From IMG/VR virus record IMGVR_UViG_3300029319_009044, positions 96,001 to 160,000 of that record: a stretch of 64,000 nucleotides of DNA, one strand, 5' to 3'. The DNA is from a virus. The translations under genes and the position numbers were made by a program. Position 1 is the first letter of the stretch, and each line of letters opens with the position of its first letter. Positions 1 through 10,866 of the stretch are shown one piece after another. The notes below the pieces were generated by a model, which was not told the DNA's origin, did not search any database, and saw only the letters and a program-made list of their open reading frames with translations.

Positions 1-1
1 T

Positions 2-385
2 GAAACTAATGCTACTATTAAGCCTGATGAAAAATGGATCGAACTTTATAGAGCTACTTTTACTACTTCACCTAAGTTAACTTCAAATGGTGACCCTGAA
101 AGTAGAACGTATAAGCCCGAAGTATTAAAATGGCATAAAGAAGTAGGTTCAGGTTTTAAGTTTGTTATTACTACTGATAAAGATATAGAGGAGATTTGGC
201 AAAAATATGTTGAAGATGATGTAGTACAAGTTCCTAAATCGAGAATTTGGTTTATGCCTTGTAGTGGTAGTAGAGCTGAGCATGTTGAAAAAGCTCCTGC
301 AGTAGCTGAATATGCTAAAGCTATGAACGTTAATTTTTCACCGAGGCTACATCTACTATTATGGGATATGGCATTAAAGGTTTAA
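2..385 (+). CDS. queE: 7-carboxy-7-deazaguanine synthase QueE-like radical SAM protein, C-terminal part (5' truncated by window)
   Basis: Manual translation of frame 2: ETNAT...TTSPKL...FKFVI...WFMPCSG...NFSPRLHLLLWDMALKV*; the ETN, SPK, FKFV and PRLH..W motifs match the QueE C-terminal half. Not in the ORF track. Confidence 0.8.
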   Translation, partial: ETNATIKPDEKWIELYRATFTTSPKLTSNGDPESRTYKPEVLKWHKEVGSGFKFVITTDKDIEEIWQKYVEDDVVQVPKSRIWFMPCSGSRAEHVEKAPAVAEYAKAMNVNFSPRLHLLLWDMALKV

Positions 386-400
386 TAACCTATATATAAT

Positions 401-1147
401 ATGAGAATAGCATTTTCGGGAACGGGTAATAGTGGTAAATCTGAAACTATAAGAAGTTTCTTATATACATGGACACAATATAAACAACCAAAAAAGACTT
501 ATAGGGATATTTTAAAGGAAGAAAATTTAGATCATTCTACTAAGACTTCAAAAGATACACAAATTAAAATTTTAGAATCTCTTATAGAACAAGTTGAAGG
601 TTATACGGCAGAAGATTTAGTAGTTCATGATAGATGTCCTTTAGATAATATTGCATATACTATGTGGTGTTATGATAAAAATAAAGAAGACTTTACAAAA
701 GATTTCGTTGGAGAGCAAATTGCTTTAATGAGAGAATCAATGAGACATTTAGATATTATTTTCTTATGTCGTTTTGACCCTAGTTTATCTAATGAGGATC
801 CTGGACCAGATATGTTTATCGGTGATAATATTAAAAAAATAGATAAGCAATATATCACCGAAGTAGATAATATTTTTAACTCAATACTAAATCAGTATAT
901 GCAAAATCCTGAAGCTGATATATTTTTTCCAAAGGGTGATTCGCCTGTGTTAATAGATTTACCTAATAGTGCACAAGAAAGAATAGATTTAATTCAACAA
1001 TATCTTGGTAACGACGGTACTTTAATTGAAGATGAACCATCTATTTTAAGTAATGTTGATGAATTAGAAAAACTTTTGTTACAACAAGAAAATGCTTTAG
1101 GAGCAGAAAAGAAAGAACAAGAATTATATAAGAGATTTGGTATATGA
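401..1147 (+). CDS. P-loop nucleotide kinase-like ATPase (AAA_28/NadR-Ttd14 type)
   Basis: N-terminal Walker A SGTGNSGKS and DRCPLDNIAY motif typical of dNMP-kinase-like AAA_28 proteins. Confidence 0.65.
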   Translation: MRIAFSGTGNSGKSETIRSFLYTWTQYKQPKKTYRDILKEENLDHSTKTSKDTQIKILESLIEQVEGYTAEDLVVHDRCPLDNIAYTMWCYDKNKEDFTKDFVGEQIALMRESMRHLDIIFLCRFDPSLSNEDPGPDMFIGDNIKKIDKQYITEVDNIFNSILNQYMQNPEADIFFPKGDSPVLIDLPNSAQERIDLIQQYLGNDGTLIEDEPSILSNVDELEKLLLQQENALGAEKKEQELYKRFGI

Positions 1148-2730
1148 GTATAGGAGTAGGTATAATTACATGCAATAGACCTGACTTTTTTGGAAAATGT
1201 CACAAGTCAATAAAGAGAGAGTGGTATGATTATTTAGTTGTTGTAAATGATGGTGAGGATGTAGATTATAAAAAAAATGATCAATTCCACCATTATATAA
1301 AAACTAAAGGAGGTGAAGGTGTCGGTAAGGCTAAAAATAAAGCTTTGAGACATTTATTAGGAAAGGAGTGTGATTACATCATATTAGTTGAAGATGATAT
1401 GCTTTTTAAAGGTGATATATTTAAAGAGTATATAAATGCTTATAAAAAAACAGGCATAGAGCATTTTATGTTTGGTTATCACGGTCCTGCTAATAAAGGT
1501 ATGGTAAGTAAAGGTGAGCCAATGCCTCGAAAAATTATAGACTATTATGGGGGATTACAAATAGCTTTGAACGAACATTGTGTTGGTGCAGTTTGTTTTT
1601 ATACTAAAGAAAGTTTAGAGAAGGTTGGTTTATATGATGAATCATACACTAATGCTTTCGAGCATGTAGATCATTCCTTCAAGTTAGCTAAGCAAGGTTA
1701 TACCTTACCATACTGGTGGTGGCCTGATATAGCTAATAGTTTAGATTTTGTAGAAGAACAAGCATGCTCAGAAGAGAGTTCTGCTATAAGACCGAGAAAA
1801 GATTGGCAAAACAATATTAACGATTCGTGGTCTATATTTGAAAATAAGCATGGTATAGGACCTACAGATATTCCAGATACACCTTTTAATCAAGTTGCAG
1901 ATTTTTTAAAAGTTAAAAAACCTAAATCAAATATTTCTTTTATAGTTCATTTTAGAAAAGATACACAACATAGAATGGATAATTTAGATATTGTATACAA
2001 CTATTATAAGTCTATATATCCAAGAAGTGAGTTTATTTTTGTAGAAGATGATTCAGAAGAGAGAATTAAAGATTTAGTTAGACCGGAAGATAAGTATATA
2101 TTCTTTAAAAATGATAGTACTTATAATAAATGTATTGGTTATAACAAAGGATTAAAACAAGCTTCTAATGATATAATATGCTTTTTAGATATAGATTGTT
2201 TAGTTAGTATTGATAGCTTAATTAAGGGAGTTAGTTTAGCTAAAAAGGGAATGATTATAATTGGTTATAATGGAACAGCAATTTACGTAGAGCATCCATT
2301 AAAAGATAAAATTAATAATAATGGTACTGAATTGTTTAAATTTTTATCAAGTTATATTGATGAAGATAATGTTGTAACTGGTTATTATGATAGACAAACT
2401 TACTGTGTTGGTAATACAAATGCCGTAGGTGGCTGTTTAATAGGTAGCAAAGAGACATTTAAAAAGATAAATGGATTTAATCCTAACTTTATAGGGTGGG
2501 GATATGAAGATAATGAAATTATTTCAAGAGCTGGTGCATTAGGAGTACCGGTAGCTAAAGTCGGTAATAATAACCCTAACTGGTTTTTATTCCATCTACC
2601 TCATGAAGAGGGTGGCGTCGCAATAAAAGACAAAGATAAACATGATTATTATCTTCATAATGAAAAAGAAGTTCAAAAAGTTGAAGCAATGAGTCAAGAA
2701 CAATTAAAAGAGTATATTAAGTCATGGTAG
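1144..2730 (+). CDS. Tandem two-domain GT-A (GT2-like) glycosyltransferase
   Basis: Two GT2-like domains: IITCNR...VVNDG...LVEDD and IVHFRKD...FLDID...GFNPNFIGWGYEDNE. Confidence 0.85.
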   Translation: MSIGVGIITCNRPDFFGKCHKSIKREWYDYLVVVNDGEDVDYKKNDQFHHYIKTKGGEGVGKAKNKALRHLLGKECDYIILVEDDMLFKGDIFKEYINAYKKTGIEHFMFGYHGPANKGMVSKGEPMPRKIIDYYGGLQIALNEHCVGAVCFYTKESLEKVGLYDESYTNAFEHVDHSFKLAKQGYTLPYWWWPDIANSLDFVEEQACSEESSAIRPRKDWQNNINDSWSIFENKHGIGPTDIPDTPFNQVADFLKVKKPKSNISFIVHFRKDTQHRMDNLDIVYNYYKSIYPRSEFIFVEDDSEERIKDLVRPEDKYIFFKNDSTYNKCIGYNKGLKQASNDIICFLDIDCLVSIDSLIKGVSLAKKGMIIIGYNGTAIYVEHPLKDKINNNGTELFKFLSSYIDEDNVVTGYYDRQTYCVGNTNAVGGCLIGSKETFKKINGFNPNFIGWGYEDNEIISRAGALGVPVAKVGNNNPNWFLFHLPHEEGGVAIKDKDKHDYYLHNEKEVQKVEAMSQEQLKEYIKSW

Positions 2731-3542
2731 AGGTAAATATTAGAGATAAAAATTTTGGTGGTGAGCCTTCATCGTGTCATCAAGGTGTTAATAAGTATGT
2801 AAAATGGAACTTTGGTAACAAGCCGGTAAGTGATACTTGCTTTATTACAGACATGTGTTTAGACGACGTGCATAAAGCATCTGGTGTTAAGAGAAAAGTA
2901 GCTTGGTTATTAGAACCACGAGCAATTCATCCACATATCTATCAATGGATAGAGCAAAACAACAAATTATATGATTTTGTTTTAACTTTTGATGAATATC
3001 TTTTATTAAAAGGTCAAAATTATCTTTATTACCCACATGGAAGATGTTGGATTAATCACTATAAAGAAACAAAAAAAGAAAATAAAATATCAACAATAGC
3101 TTCCGGTAAAAATACTACTGAGGGTCATCAATTAAGACATAAAATTATCTCAAAGTATAGAGACGATATTAGTGTGTATGGCCATGGCTACAATCCAGTT
3201 GAGTTTAAAGAAGAATCTTTACTAAAGTATATGTATTCTATAACTATAGAGAACTGCAGACAGCCTGGTTACTGGACAGAAAAAATTGTTGATTGTTTCG
3301 CGAGTAAAAGTATTCCCTTATTTTGGGGAGACGATGCTGTAAACGATTATTTTGATAAAGAAGGTATTATATATTTTGAGAACGAAGAAGAATTAGGTAA
3401 CATAATAAAAGATCTTAAAGAGAATGGTAAAGAAATTTATAATTCAAAGAAAGAAGCTATTGAATATAATTTCAAAAAGGTTGAAGAGTACAGAATCCCG
3501 GAAGATTGGATGTATTTAAATTACCCATTTTTATTTAAATAA
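2724..3542 (+). CDS. GT10-like (alpha-1,3-fucosyltransferase-like) glycosyltransferase
   Basis: YMYSITIEN...GYWTEKIVDCF...IPLFWG resembles the GT10 fucosyltransferase motif. Confidence 0.7.
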   Translation: MVEVNIRDKNFGGEPSSCHQGVNKYVKWNFGNKPVSDTCFITDMCLDDVHKASGVKRKVAWLLEPRAIHPHIYQWIEQNNKLYDFVLTFDEYLLLKGQNYLYYPHGRCWINHYKETKKENKISTIASGKNTTEGHQLRHKIISKYRDDISVYGHGYNPVEFKEESLLKYMYSITIENCRQPGYWTEKIVDCFASKSIPLFWGDDAVNDYFDKEGIIYFENEEELGNIIKDLKENGKEIYNSKKEAIEYNFKKVEEYRIPEDWMYLNYPFLFK

Positions 3543-4294
3543 TGAATAAAATTTGTATTATAAGGCAGCCAGCAGGATTAGGAGATATTTTACATCTCTT
3601 TAAAGTTGCTGTAAAACTTCTAGAGCAAAATAAGGTGAAAGAAGTTATATGGCCTGTTTATAGCGGCTACAACTATATAGGTGATTATATAAAGCACCCG
3701 GGTATTACATTTATAGATAGTAACGAGGACTACCCATTTAAAGATTTTTTAGAATCTAATGAACCTCGTGAGATTATTAATAATGATGAGCTTATCTATA
3801 TACCTTTTCAGATTGCTGATCAATTAGTTAGAAGTAATAAACCAGGTCCGTTGTACTGTAAATATGAGTTTGTAGGTCTAGACTATACAGATTGGTATAA
3901 GTACCCTAAGATTGAACGTAATTTAGAACGCGAGCAAGAATTAGAAAATTTTTTACAAAAAGAAAATTCATTTGATGTAGAAGATTTTATTTTAGTAAAT
4001 AGATTTTACGGAACAACTCATCAGGAACGACGTGAAGCTAATATACCAAAATTTAATAATGAAATTACTATAAAAGAATATGATTTTGATAGACCTTTTG
4101 ATTGGATAGGGTTAGCTCTTAAAGCTAAAGAGATACATACAGTAGATACTTCATTTTGTTGGTTATTTAGATTATTCAATATTACTAATTTAACTCTATA
4201 TGGTAGAGGAATAAAGACAAATTTTGAGTATTGCAGAGGTTATTGTGATGATAGATGGGAGTTTTGTGGAGATTATTTTGGTCATGTAGATTGA
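3542..4294 (+). CDS. Putative GT-B glycosyltransferase (paralog of 60490..61353)
   Basis: N-terminal QPAGLGDIL and C-terminal FDWIG..LKAKEIHTVDTSF motifs. Confidence 0.5.
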   Translation: MNKICIIRQPAGLGDILHLFKVAVKLLEQNKVKEVIWPVYSGYNYIGDYIKHPGITFIDSNEDYPFKDFLESNEPREIINNDELIYIPFQIADQLVRSNKPGPLYCKYEFVGLDYTDWYKYPKIERNLEREQELENFLQKENSFDVEDFILVNRFYGTTHQERREANIPKFNNEITIKEYDFDRPFDWIGLALKAKEIHTVDTSFCWLFRLFNITNLTLYGRGIKTNFEYCRGYCDDRWEFCGDYFGHVD

Positions 4295-4317
4295 TTTTAT
4301 AAACTTTATACTATAAT
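4291..4317 (+). promoter_or_regulatory. Sigma70-like promoter
   Basis: TTGATT-N15-TATAAT, 5 nt upstream of ATG 4323. Confidence 0.5.
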
Positions 4318-4322
4318 ATTAT

Positions 4323-4679
4323 ATGGTAAATTTACTTGTGGATGAAGCTTTTGCTTTCGACTATATTGCTATTTTAAAGCTTAAAGCTGATAAAGGTTAT
4401 ATAAGTGAAGAAAGTATTGAACAAAACTTTAACCATTTGAGAGACCAAATTGGTAGTGATCTATTTGATACAATTATTAATTCTAATCAATTTAAAAAAT
4501 TATATGATGCTAATAGTGTAACTTTTGATGCTGTGGATGCCGCTAAAGAAGATAAAATGCTAGCTAGTGAAGTAGATAAAACAAATTACTTTAGAATGTT
4601 AGCTAAGACTGAATTGCAAAAACATTTTTTTGAAACTGATTTACAAGAAGTTAAAATCGGTTATGAGAGATTAAAATGA
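4323..4679 (+). CDS. Hypothetical helical protein of the glycosylation island
   Basis: 118 aa ORF with its own promoter; overlaps the gmd start (ATGA-type coupling). Confidence 0.6.
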   Translation: MVNLLVDEAFAFDYIAILKLKADKGYISEESIEQNFNHLRDQIGSDLFDTIINSNQFKKLYDANSVTFDAVDAAKEDKMLASEVDKTNYFRMLAKTELQKHFFETDLQEVKIGYERLK

Positions 4680-5722
4680 AAAAAAATATTATAGTAACAG
4701 GAGTAACTGGTCAGGATGGTAGCTATATGGTAGAGCATCTTTTAGCTAATACTGATTATAATATATTAGGAGGAGTAAGAAGATTAAGTGTACCTAATTA
4801 TAAAAATATTCAACATATAAAAAATAAAAGATTTAAGCTAATAGATTTAGATCTTTCAGATGTTCATAGTATACACGAGTCTATTACTAAATATGTTCCA
4901 AGTTATTTTATTAATTTTGCCGCACAATCATTTGTAGGAGCTAGCTGGTCATTTCCACAACAAACTTTTGATGTTAATGCAACTGCAGTTTTACATATAC
5001 TAGAGTGTTTAAGAAAACATGCACCTGATTGCAGACTCTATAATGCAGGATCAAGTGAAGAATTTGGAAATATTAAATATGTTCCACAAGATGAAAAACA
5101 CCCATCTGAACCAAGAAATCCTTATGCTGTTTCAAAATGCTCAGCTAGGCAGTTTATAAAGATATATAGAGATTCATTTAATTTATTTGCTATTCAATGT
5201 TGGTTGTTTAATCATGAAAGTCCTAGAAGAGGAATTGAATTCGTTACGCGTAAAATTACTAACGGTGTAGCAAAAATACATTTAGCTTATAAAAATAAAA
5301 AAGCTGTAGAACCTATAACATTAGGTAATTTGAATGCACAGAGAGATTGGACTGATGCTCGTGATTGTGTAAGGCTTATTTGGGATATTCTTAATTTAAG
5401 AAGTCCTAATGAATATGTTATTGGTAGTGGTATATCTTATACCATAAAAGACTTTATTAATCCTTCTTTTGAATCTGTTGGTATTAAAGGTAAGTGGGTA
5501 GGAGAAGGTATAAATGAGAAATATATATATAAAGACGATGTATTAATACAGGTCTCTCCAGAGTTTTATAGGCCGGATGCTATTAATTCGTGGCAAGATA
5601 TACGTACAGCTGATATAAGCAAAGCACAAGCTGATTTAAACTGGAACTTAGATTCAAGTTTAAAGGATTTAGCCTATAGTATGGTAGAGAATGATATTAG
5701 CCTTTTACAAAATCTTGATTAA
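4676..5722 (+). CDS. gmd: GDP-mannose 4,6-dehydratase
   Basis: TGVTGQDGSY, AAQSFV, AGSSEEFG, PYAVSK, FNHESPRRG.EFVTRKIT, LGNLNAQRDW, YRP motifs. Confidence 0.92.
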   Translation: MKKNIIVTGVTGQDGSYMVEHLLANTDYNILGGVRRLSVPNYKNIQHIKNKRFKLIDLDLSDVHSIHESITKYVPSYFINFAAQSFVGASWSFPQQTFDVNATAVLHILECLRKHAPDCRLYNAGSSEEFGNIKYVPQDEKHPSEPRNPYAVSKCSARQFIKIYRDSFNLFAIQCWLFNHESPRRGIEFVTRKITNGVAKIHLAYKNKKAVEPITLGNLNAQRDWTDARDCVRLIWDILNLRSPNEYVIGSGISYTIKDFINPSFESVGIKGKWVGEGINEKYIYKDDVLIQVSPEFYRPDAINSWQDIRTADISKAQADLNWNLDSSLKDLAYSMVENDISLLQNLD

Positions 5723-5748
5723 AAATTTATAGTAGCTAATTAATATAT

Positions 5749-7017
5749 ATGTTAGTACATAAACAAAAATGTCGTGTTTGTGGTAATACAAATCTTAAAG
5801 AGGTTATTGATTTAGGAGAGCAATACTTTCAAGGTTGCTTTGTAAAGGATGGTGTACAACCACCACCTCGAAGACCGATGCCTAATGTTATTGTACGTTG
5901 TTGCCCAGAAAGTTATGAAGATGCTTGCGGATTAGTTCAGACGCTGCACAGTATCGACACAGATTTATTATATTGCAATTATTGGTATGAAAGTGGAATA
6001 AGCCAAACTATGCGCGATCATTTAAAGAGTATAGTTGATACTGCGTTAAATATTACTGGATCTACTTCCGGTAAAGTTTTAGATATTGCTTCAAATGATA
6101 ATACTCTTCTTAGAAACTACCCTAAAGAATTTACAAAGATAGGTATTGATCCATCAAGTATTGCAGCGAGACAAACTGATAAAGATATTGAAGTTATTAA
6201 TACAACCTTTCCTTCTAAACAAGTTAATAATTTAATTGAAGATAATTCTGCTGATATAATTACTTCAATTGCTTGTTATTATGATATTGACGACCCTGTA
6301 CATTTTGCAAAAGAAATAAAAAACCTTCTTTCAGAAAAAGGAATCTGGATTTTTGAAGTAGCGTATTGGAAGTCTTTATTAGATAATTTAGCTTATGATT
6401 CTATAGTAAATGAGCATATAGTACATTACCATTTACAACCATTGCAGAAAATTATGGAGTTAGCAGATCTTAAACTTTTTGATGTGCAAAAAACTCCTAC
6501 AAATGGAGGAGCTATTATGTGTTATGTTACGCATAAAGATAATTTTGAATATGATAATCGTGAAAGAAAGCAAAATATACTTAATTTAAAAATTGAAGAA
6601 TATGAAGCATATTTAGATACAGATAAGCCATATATAGAGTTTAGAAATAAAGTCGAAAAGCATAAAGAAGACCTTACAAAATTAGTAGATGATATTGTTA
6701 ATAGACAAAATAAAACTATTCATATATGCGGTGCTTCAACTAAATTGAACACTATTTTAAATTACTGTGGTATAGGGCCTGAATTAATTCCATATGCTTC
6801 TGAGCGCAGTCCAGAAAAACATGGAGCTGAAACTATAAGTGGTATTAAGCTCATATCTGAAGAAGAGAGTAGAGCTATGAAGCCTGATTATTACTTAGTT
6901 GGGCCCTACCACTTTAAAGATGAAATAATAAAAAGAGAGACTGAATTTATAGAAAACGGTGGAGGTTTTATATTCCCATTACCAGAATTAACAGTAGTAA
7001 CTAAAGATAATATATGA
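5749..7017 (+). CDS. NDP-sugar C-methyltransferase (Zn-binding N-terminus, SAM-dependent)
   Basis: CRVCG..L..VIDLG.Q, CGLVQ, VLDIASNDNTLL, YDSIVNEH, GASTK.NT.LNYCG, GGGFIFPLP. Confidence 0.85.
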   Translation: MLVHKQKCRVCGNTNLKEVIDLGEQYFQGCFVKDGVQPPPRRPMPNVIVRCCPESYEDACGLVQTLHSIDTDLLYCNYWYESGISQTMRDHLKSIVDTALNITGSTSGKVLDIASNDNTLLRNYPKEFTKIGIDPSSIAARQTDKDIEVINTTFPSKQVNNLIEDNSADIITSIACYYDIDDPVHFAKEIKNLLSEKGIWIFEVAYWKSLLDNLAYDSIVNEHIVHYHLQPLQKIMELADLKLFDVQKTPTNGGAIMCYVTHKDNFEYDNRERKQNILNLKIEEYEAYLDTDKPYIEFRNKVEKHKEDLTKLVDDIVNRQNKTIHICGASTKLNTILNYCGIGPELIPYASERSPEKHGAETISGIKLISEEESRAMKPDYYLVGPYHFKDEIIKRETEFIENGGGFIFPLPELTVVTKDNI

Positions 7018-7742
7018 AACACGATAAAAAATTATTAAAAACAGTTCATGGATCGCATGAAGGTATAGATAAGCAAGTATATACTAACAGCGTTATACCG
7101 TTAGAAGACATGAAAAAGATAGGTCGTCGGTTTATGGGAGCTGGAATGTCGCAAAGCTATTCAGCTATTTATTGGCAAGAATATTTTATTGAGTCGAATA
7201 GATTTCAATATATAGTAGAATTAGGAAGTCAAAAAGGAGCTTTAAGTACATACTTAGCTAATATGGCAGCAATTACAGAATCTTATTTCTTTGATACTTA
7301 TGAAGCTTTTCCTTATCCACAAGAAGAAACTGATGGAAGTGATATGCAAGCCCGGGCTCATTATAATGGTACAGGTCATTGGTTTAGTAGAGAGCATGAA
7401 GGAGTAGGTCATTGGTTTGAAAAATTAGCTGAAATATCACCATATATAAATATTCACTATAAAAATGTTTTTGATAAAAAGACTTTTAAGCACATCGAAG
7501 AAAATATTAAAGAGTATAAAACTTATATTTTTTGCGATGGAGGTAATAAATTAAGAGAATTAAATTTATATGCAAGATTACTTAAAAGTGGAGATAGAAT
7601 AGCAGTACATGATTGGGGTGTTGAGATTCACCCTGAGCAAGTACAACCAATTCTAGATAAATTTGATTTAGTTTATGATGAACCTTTTGCAAAATCTGCT
7701 ACTGATTTAGGTACATGGATAATGCCTTTTCGGAAAAAATAA
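7014..7742 (+). CDS. Class I SAM-dependent methyltransferase-like protein
   Basis: IVELGSQKG motif I; FCDGG...LLKSGDRIAVHD. Confidence 0.6.
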   Translation: MKHDKKLLKTVHGSHEGIDKQVYTNSVIPLEDMKKIGRRFMGAGMSQSYSAIYWQEYFIESNRFQYIVELGSQKGALSTYLANMAAITESYFFDTYEAFPYPQEETDGSDMQARAHYNGTGHWFSREHEGVGHWFEKLAEISPYINIHYKNVFDKKTFKHIEENIKEYKTYIFCDGGNKLRELNLYARLLKSGDRIAVHDWGVEIHPEQVQPILDKFDLVYDEPFAKSATDLGTWIMPFRKK

Positions 7743-8482
7743 TGAAATATAATCTTAATGATATTTGTTCTGAAGAAGAAGATTTATGGCAAGATCCTTT
7801 AAAGACAAAAATATTTTCATCACTACCAACTAACAGTATCATAATTGATGGAGGTTGCAGAGACGGAGATTGGATTCATGCAGTTACTCACTACTTAAAA
7901 TTAAATTTAAATATAGAAAAAGAAAAATTTATTCTGGTTGGGATAGATCCTATTTACTCACCGAGTATTTTTAGATATAACTTTTATGTAGAGGGAGCAA
8001 TATCTAATGAAAATAAAAAACAGGCTTCCTTTTTTATAGTAGAAAACGAACCTGGTTGTAATTCTCTTAAAAGACCGAGTGATTGTTTACAAGAAAGTAT
8101 ATACGGTAATAAAAAAAGAGAAATTTCTAAAGTAGAAAAAATTAAAACATATAGATTAGATAAAATTATTAGTAATATAATTAATAGAACAGAAGGCTCC
8201 CCCGGTTATCTTAAATTAGATGTACAAGGGTCGGAACTTGAGTGCTTAGAAGGAGCTGGAAAATTTTTAAAAGAATTTATGTTTATTGAAACAGAAATAG
8301 GTTTAGATAAAAATAAAAATTTTTATGATCAAGGTAGTAAATTAGATGAAGTAATAGAAGTATTAAATAATAAAAATTTTGAACCTATACTATATACTAA
8401 ATACTCTAGCAGCCCATTGCCAGAAGGTGAAATAATATTTAAAAATAAAAATTGGAATTTAGATAAAAAGAAATGGATATAG
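7742..8482 (+). CDS. FkbM-family methyltransferase
   Basis: IIDGGCRDG, TYRLD, YLKLDVQGSELECLEGA; start moved to ATG 7742, coupled to the upstream stop. Confidence 0.8.
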   Translation: MKYNLNDICSEEEDLWQDPLKTKIFSSLPTNSIIIDGGCRDGDWIHAVTHYLKLNLNIEKEKFILVGIDPIYSPSIFRYNFYVEGAISNENKKQASFFIVENEPGCNSLKRPSDCLQESIYGNKKREISKVEKIKTYRLDKIISNIINRTEGSPGYLKLDVQGSELECLEGAGKFLKEFMFIETEIGLDKNKNFYDQGSKLDEVIEVLNNKNFEPILYTKYSSSPLPEGEIIFKNKNWNLDKKKWI

Positions 8483-9258
8483 TTATACAAGGTAAAGTAT
8501 TTCCAAATACTTACGAAACTGCTAAATGTTATACTACATTAGATTTTATAGATAAAGTAATTATATCTACTTGGGATAATGAAACGTTAGAATCAGATAA
8601 TAAAAATGTAGTAGTTGTTAAGAGCCCTGTGCCTTATACTCCACCTATGAATTTAAATTTGCAATTAGTATCTGTCAATGAAGGACTAAAACATGTCACT
8701 TCTGAATATACTATGAAGTTTAGAAGTGATCAAATGGTCATGAAAAGTAGTATGAAAATGCTAAAGAGATTTGTAGATAAAAAAGGTTTTGATTGCGATA
8801 TAAAATATACTGATGGTTCAGGTCCTAAAGGTAAAATTTATGCGGTGGGTATGGGTAGTCATTTTCCTTACCACCCTCAGGATCATATCTTTTGGGGTCA
8901 TACTGAAGATATTAAATCTCTATATAGTTGCCCTCTTTATAAAGAAGGGGAGCCAATAACACCAACATGGGAAGGTGGTTTTGAAAATGAAACAGTAAGA
9001 ATACCTTGTTATTTTGGATCACATTATTTTGCTAAATTTAATTCTGAAGTATATGAGCATATAGAAAATTATAAAGATTTTTTATTAGATACATCTCCAA
9101 GTAGATATAGAGCTATGCAAATATCAGAAGAATTAAGAGATAAAATTTTTGGTGTGTTTCCTAGAATTAAAATGTGGTGGGAGAAATACAATACAGGATA
9201 CAAGTATGATCTATATGAACCACAAGGAGAATATTATTATGACGAAGAGTGGGAATAA
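8473..9258 (+). CDS. WavE-like lipopolysaccharide synthesis protein
   Basis: DIVIQG, VIISTW, NLNLQLVSVNEGL, KFRSD, DHIFWG motifs. Confidence 0.65.
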   Translation: MDIVIQGKVFPNTYETAKCYTTLDFIDKVIISTWDNETLESDNKNVVVVKSPVPYTPPMNLNLQLVSVNEGLKHVTSEYTMKFRSDQMVMKSSMKMLKRFVDKKGFDCDIKYTDGSGPKGKIYAVGMGSHFPYHPQDHIFWGHTEDIKSLYSCPLYKEGEPITPTWEGGFENETVRIPCYFGSHYFAKFNSEVYEHIENYKDFLLDTSPSRYRAMQISEELRDKIFGVFPRIKMWWEKYNTGYKYDLYEPQGEYYYDEEWE

Positions 9259-9724
9259 GCTTATTGCACATAGAGGTAATACTACTGGAAAATCAAAGCA
9301 CGAGAATGACCCTCAATATATTTTAAATGCTTTAGATCAAGGTTATGATGTAGAAGTGGATGTAAGTTATAGAGATAAAAACTTTTGGTTAGGTCATGAC
9401 AATAATAAATATAGAGTAAATTTAGATTTTTTAAGCGATGAAAGAATATGGTGTCATTTAAAAGATAAAGAAAGTTTAAAGCAAATAATTGACATTATAG
9501 GTAGCGAAGAAATAAATTACTTTTGGCATACTTCTGAAGATTTTGTAATAACTTCAAAAGGATTTTTATGGCATCATTCTAAATGCCCTCTTTCAGATCT
9601 TACAAGTAAATCTATTATAGTACTTCCGGAAAATAAAAAAATATTTCCAAGAAGAAATAAACTATACAAAAAAATAAATCATTGCTATGGCATATGTAGT
9701 GATTATATTAAGATGTATGTTTAA
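9239..9724 (+). CDS. Glycerophosphodiester phosphodiesterase/PLC-like protein
   Basis: LIAHRGN, GYDVEVDV, WLGHD, WCHLK, YFWH, GICSDY; start moved to ATG 9239. Confidence 0.75.
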   Translation: MTKSGNKLIAHRGNTTGKSKHENDPQYILNALDQGYDVEVDVSYRDKNFWLGHDNNKYRVNLDFLSDERIWCHLKDKESLKQIIDIIGSEEINYFWHTSEDFVITSKGFLWHHSKCPLSDLTSKSIIVLPENKKIFPRRNKLYKKINHCYGICSDYIKMYV

Positions 9725-10184
9725 GCTTTTAATTTTAGATGTAGATGGGGTACTTACAACAGGCTGTAAAACATATGACCTCGAAGGTAATGTTATTAGT
9801 AAGGAATTTAACGATAAAGACTTTACTGCAATAAAACGTTTTAAAGAGAAGGGATTAAAGGTATGTTTCTTAACTGCTGATGATAGAGTTAATCGTATAG
9901 TAGCAAAAAATAGAAATATTGATTTCTACTACGTAAGAGAAATGACTAAAAAAAATAAAGTTGAGACACTTCCTTATCTTACTAGTAAATATAAAGTTAC
10001 TTTAGATGAGATAGCATATATAGGTGATGATCTACCTGATTTTGATATTATAAAAAAATTAAAACATACTTACTGTCCAAGTGATGCAATACTAAAAATT
10101 AAAAACCAAGTTAAAACGATCCTCGAAAGAAGGGGTGGTACTGGAGTTATTGCAGAACTATATGATAATATATTTAATGAATAG
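9717..10184 (+). CDS. KdsC/YrbI-like HAD phosphatase
   Basis: LDVDGVLT, AYIGDDLPD, CPSDA, RGGTGVIAE motifs. Confidence 0.8.
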   Translation: MFKLLILDVDGVLTTGCKTYDLEGNVISKEFNDKDFTAIKRFKEKGLKVCFLTADDRVNRIVAKNRNIDFYYVREMTKKNKVETLPYLTSKYKVTLDEIAYIGDDLPDFDIIKKLKHTYCPSDAILKIKNQVKTILERRGGTGVIAELYDNIFNE

Positions 10185-10866
10185 TATCTCTCTATATGGG
10201 CATTTAACTACTGATACTATTTTTGATGGTAATACAACTTATAATTCGGTAGGAGGTTTAGGTAATGTATGGTTTATGTTATCTAAAATCTGTAAGAATT
10301 ATCAAGTAAATGTTGAGCCTACAAATGTTGGAGAAGCATTAATTTTAGTCAATAAAGATAAAGCAGAAAGATCATCAATAGCAAATTTAAATAAAATAAA
10401 AAGAACACCAGTCATTAAAGATTCAGAATGGTCACATATACTTTACGTAAATGAATTAGATGATATATCATTTATTAAAGATGTAAGAAATAAAAGTAAG
10501 ATAGTTTCTATAGATATTTGTAAAGGTAGACCATTTAAACAGTTTGATATTTTAAAATATATTGATTACTTTTTTATATCTGATGAAGATTTATTTATGG
10601 ATGTAAATGAGTTAGCTAAAAAAGTTAAGGGTTGGGTTATCTTACATCATAAAGGCGGTAGTAGTTGTTTAAGTAAAGATAAAGTATTTGATACATCTAC
10701 ACCAGTTATTGATGGTATAAATGTTTTAGGAGCAGGGGATATGTTTGCTGCAGCAACAATAAACTGCATTCTCAATACAGTTGATAAATCTAATTTGCAG
10801 TATAATATAAAAGAAGCGCACTCTATTACTTCAAAAATTTTAGCTGAAATAAATGAAAAAAACTAA
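10177..10866 (+). CDS. PfkB/ribokinase-family carbohydrate kinase
   Basis: VGGLGNV near the N-terminus and the C-terminal NVLGAGDMFAA signature. Confidence 0.75.
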   Translation: MNSISLYGHLTTDTIFDGNTTYNSVGGLGNVWFMLSKICKNYQVNVEPTNVGEALILVNKDKAERSSIANLNKIKRTPVIKDSEWSHILYVNELDDISFIKDVRNKSKIVSIDICKGRPFKQFDILKYIDYFFISDEDLFMDVNELAKKVKGWVILHHKGGSSCLSKDKVFDTSTPVIDGINVLGAGDMFAAATINCILNTVDKSNLQYNIKEAHSITSKILAEINEKN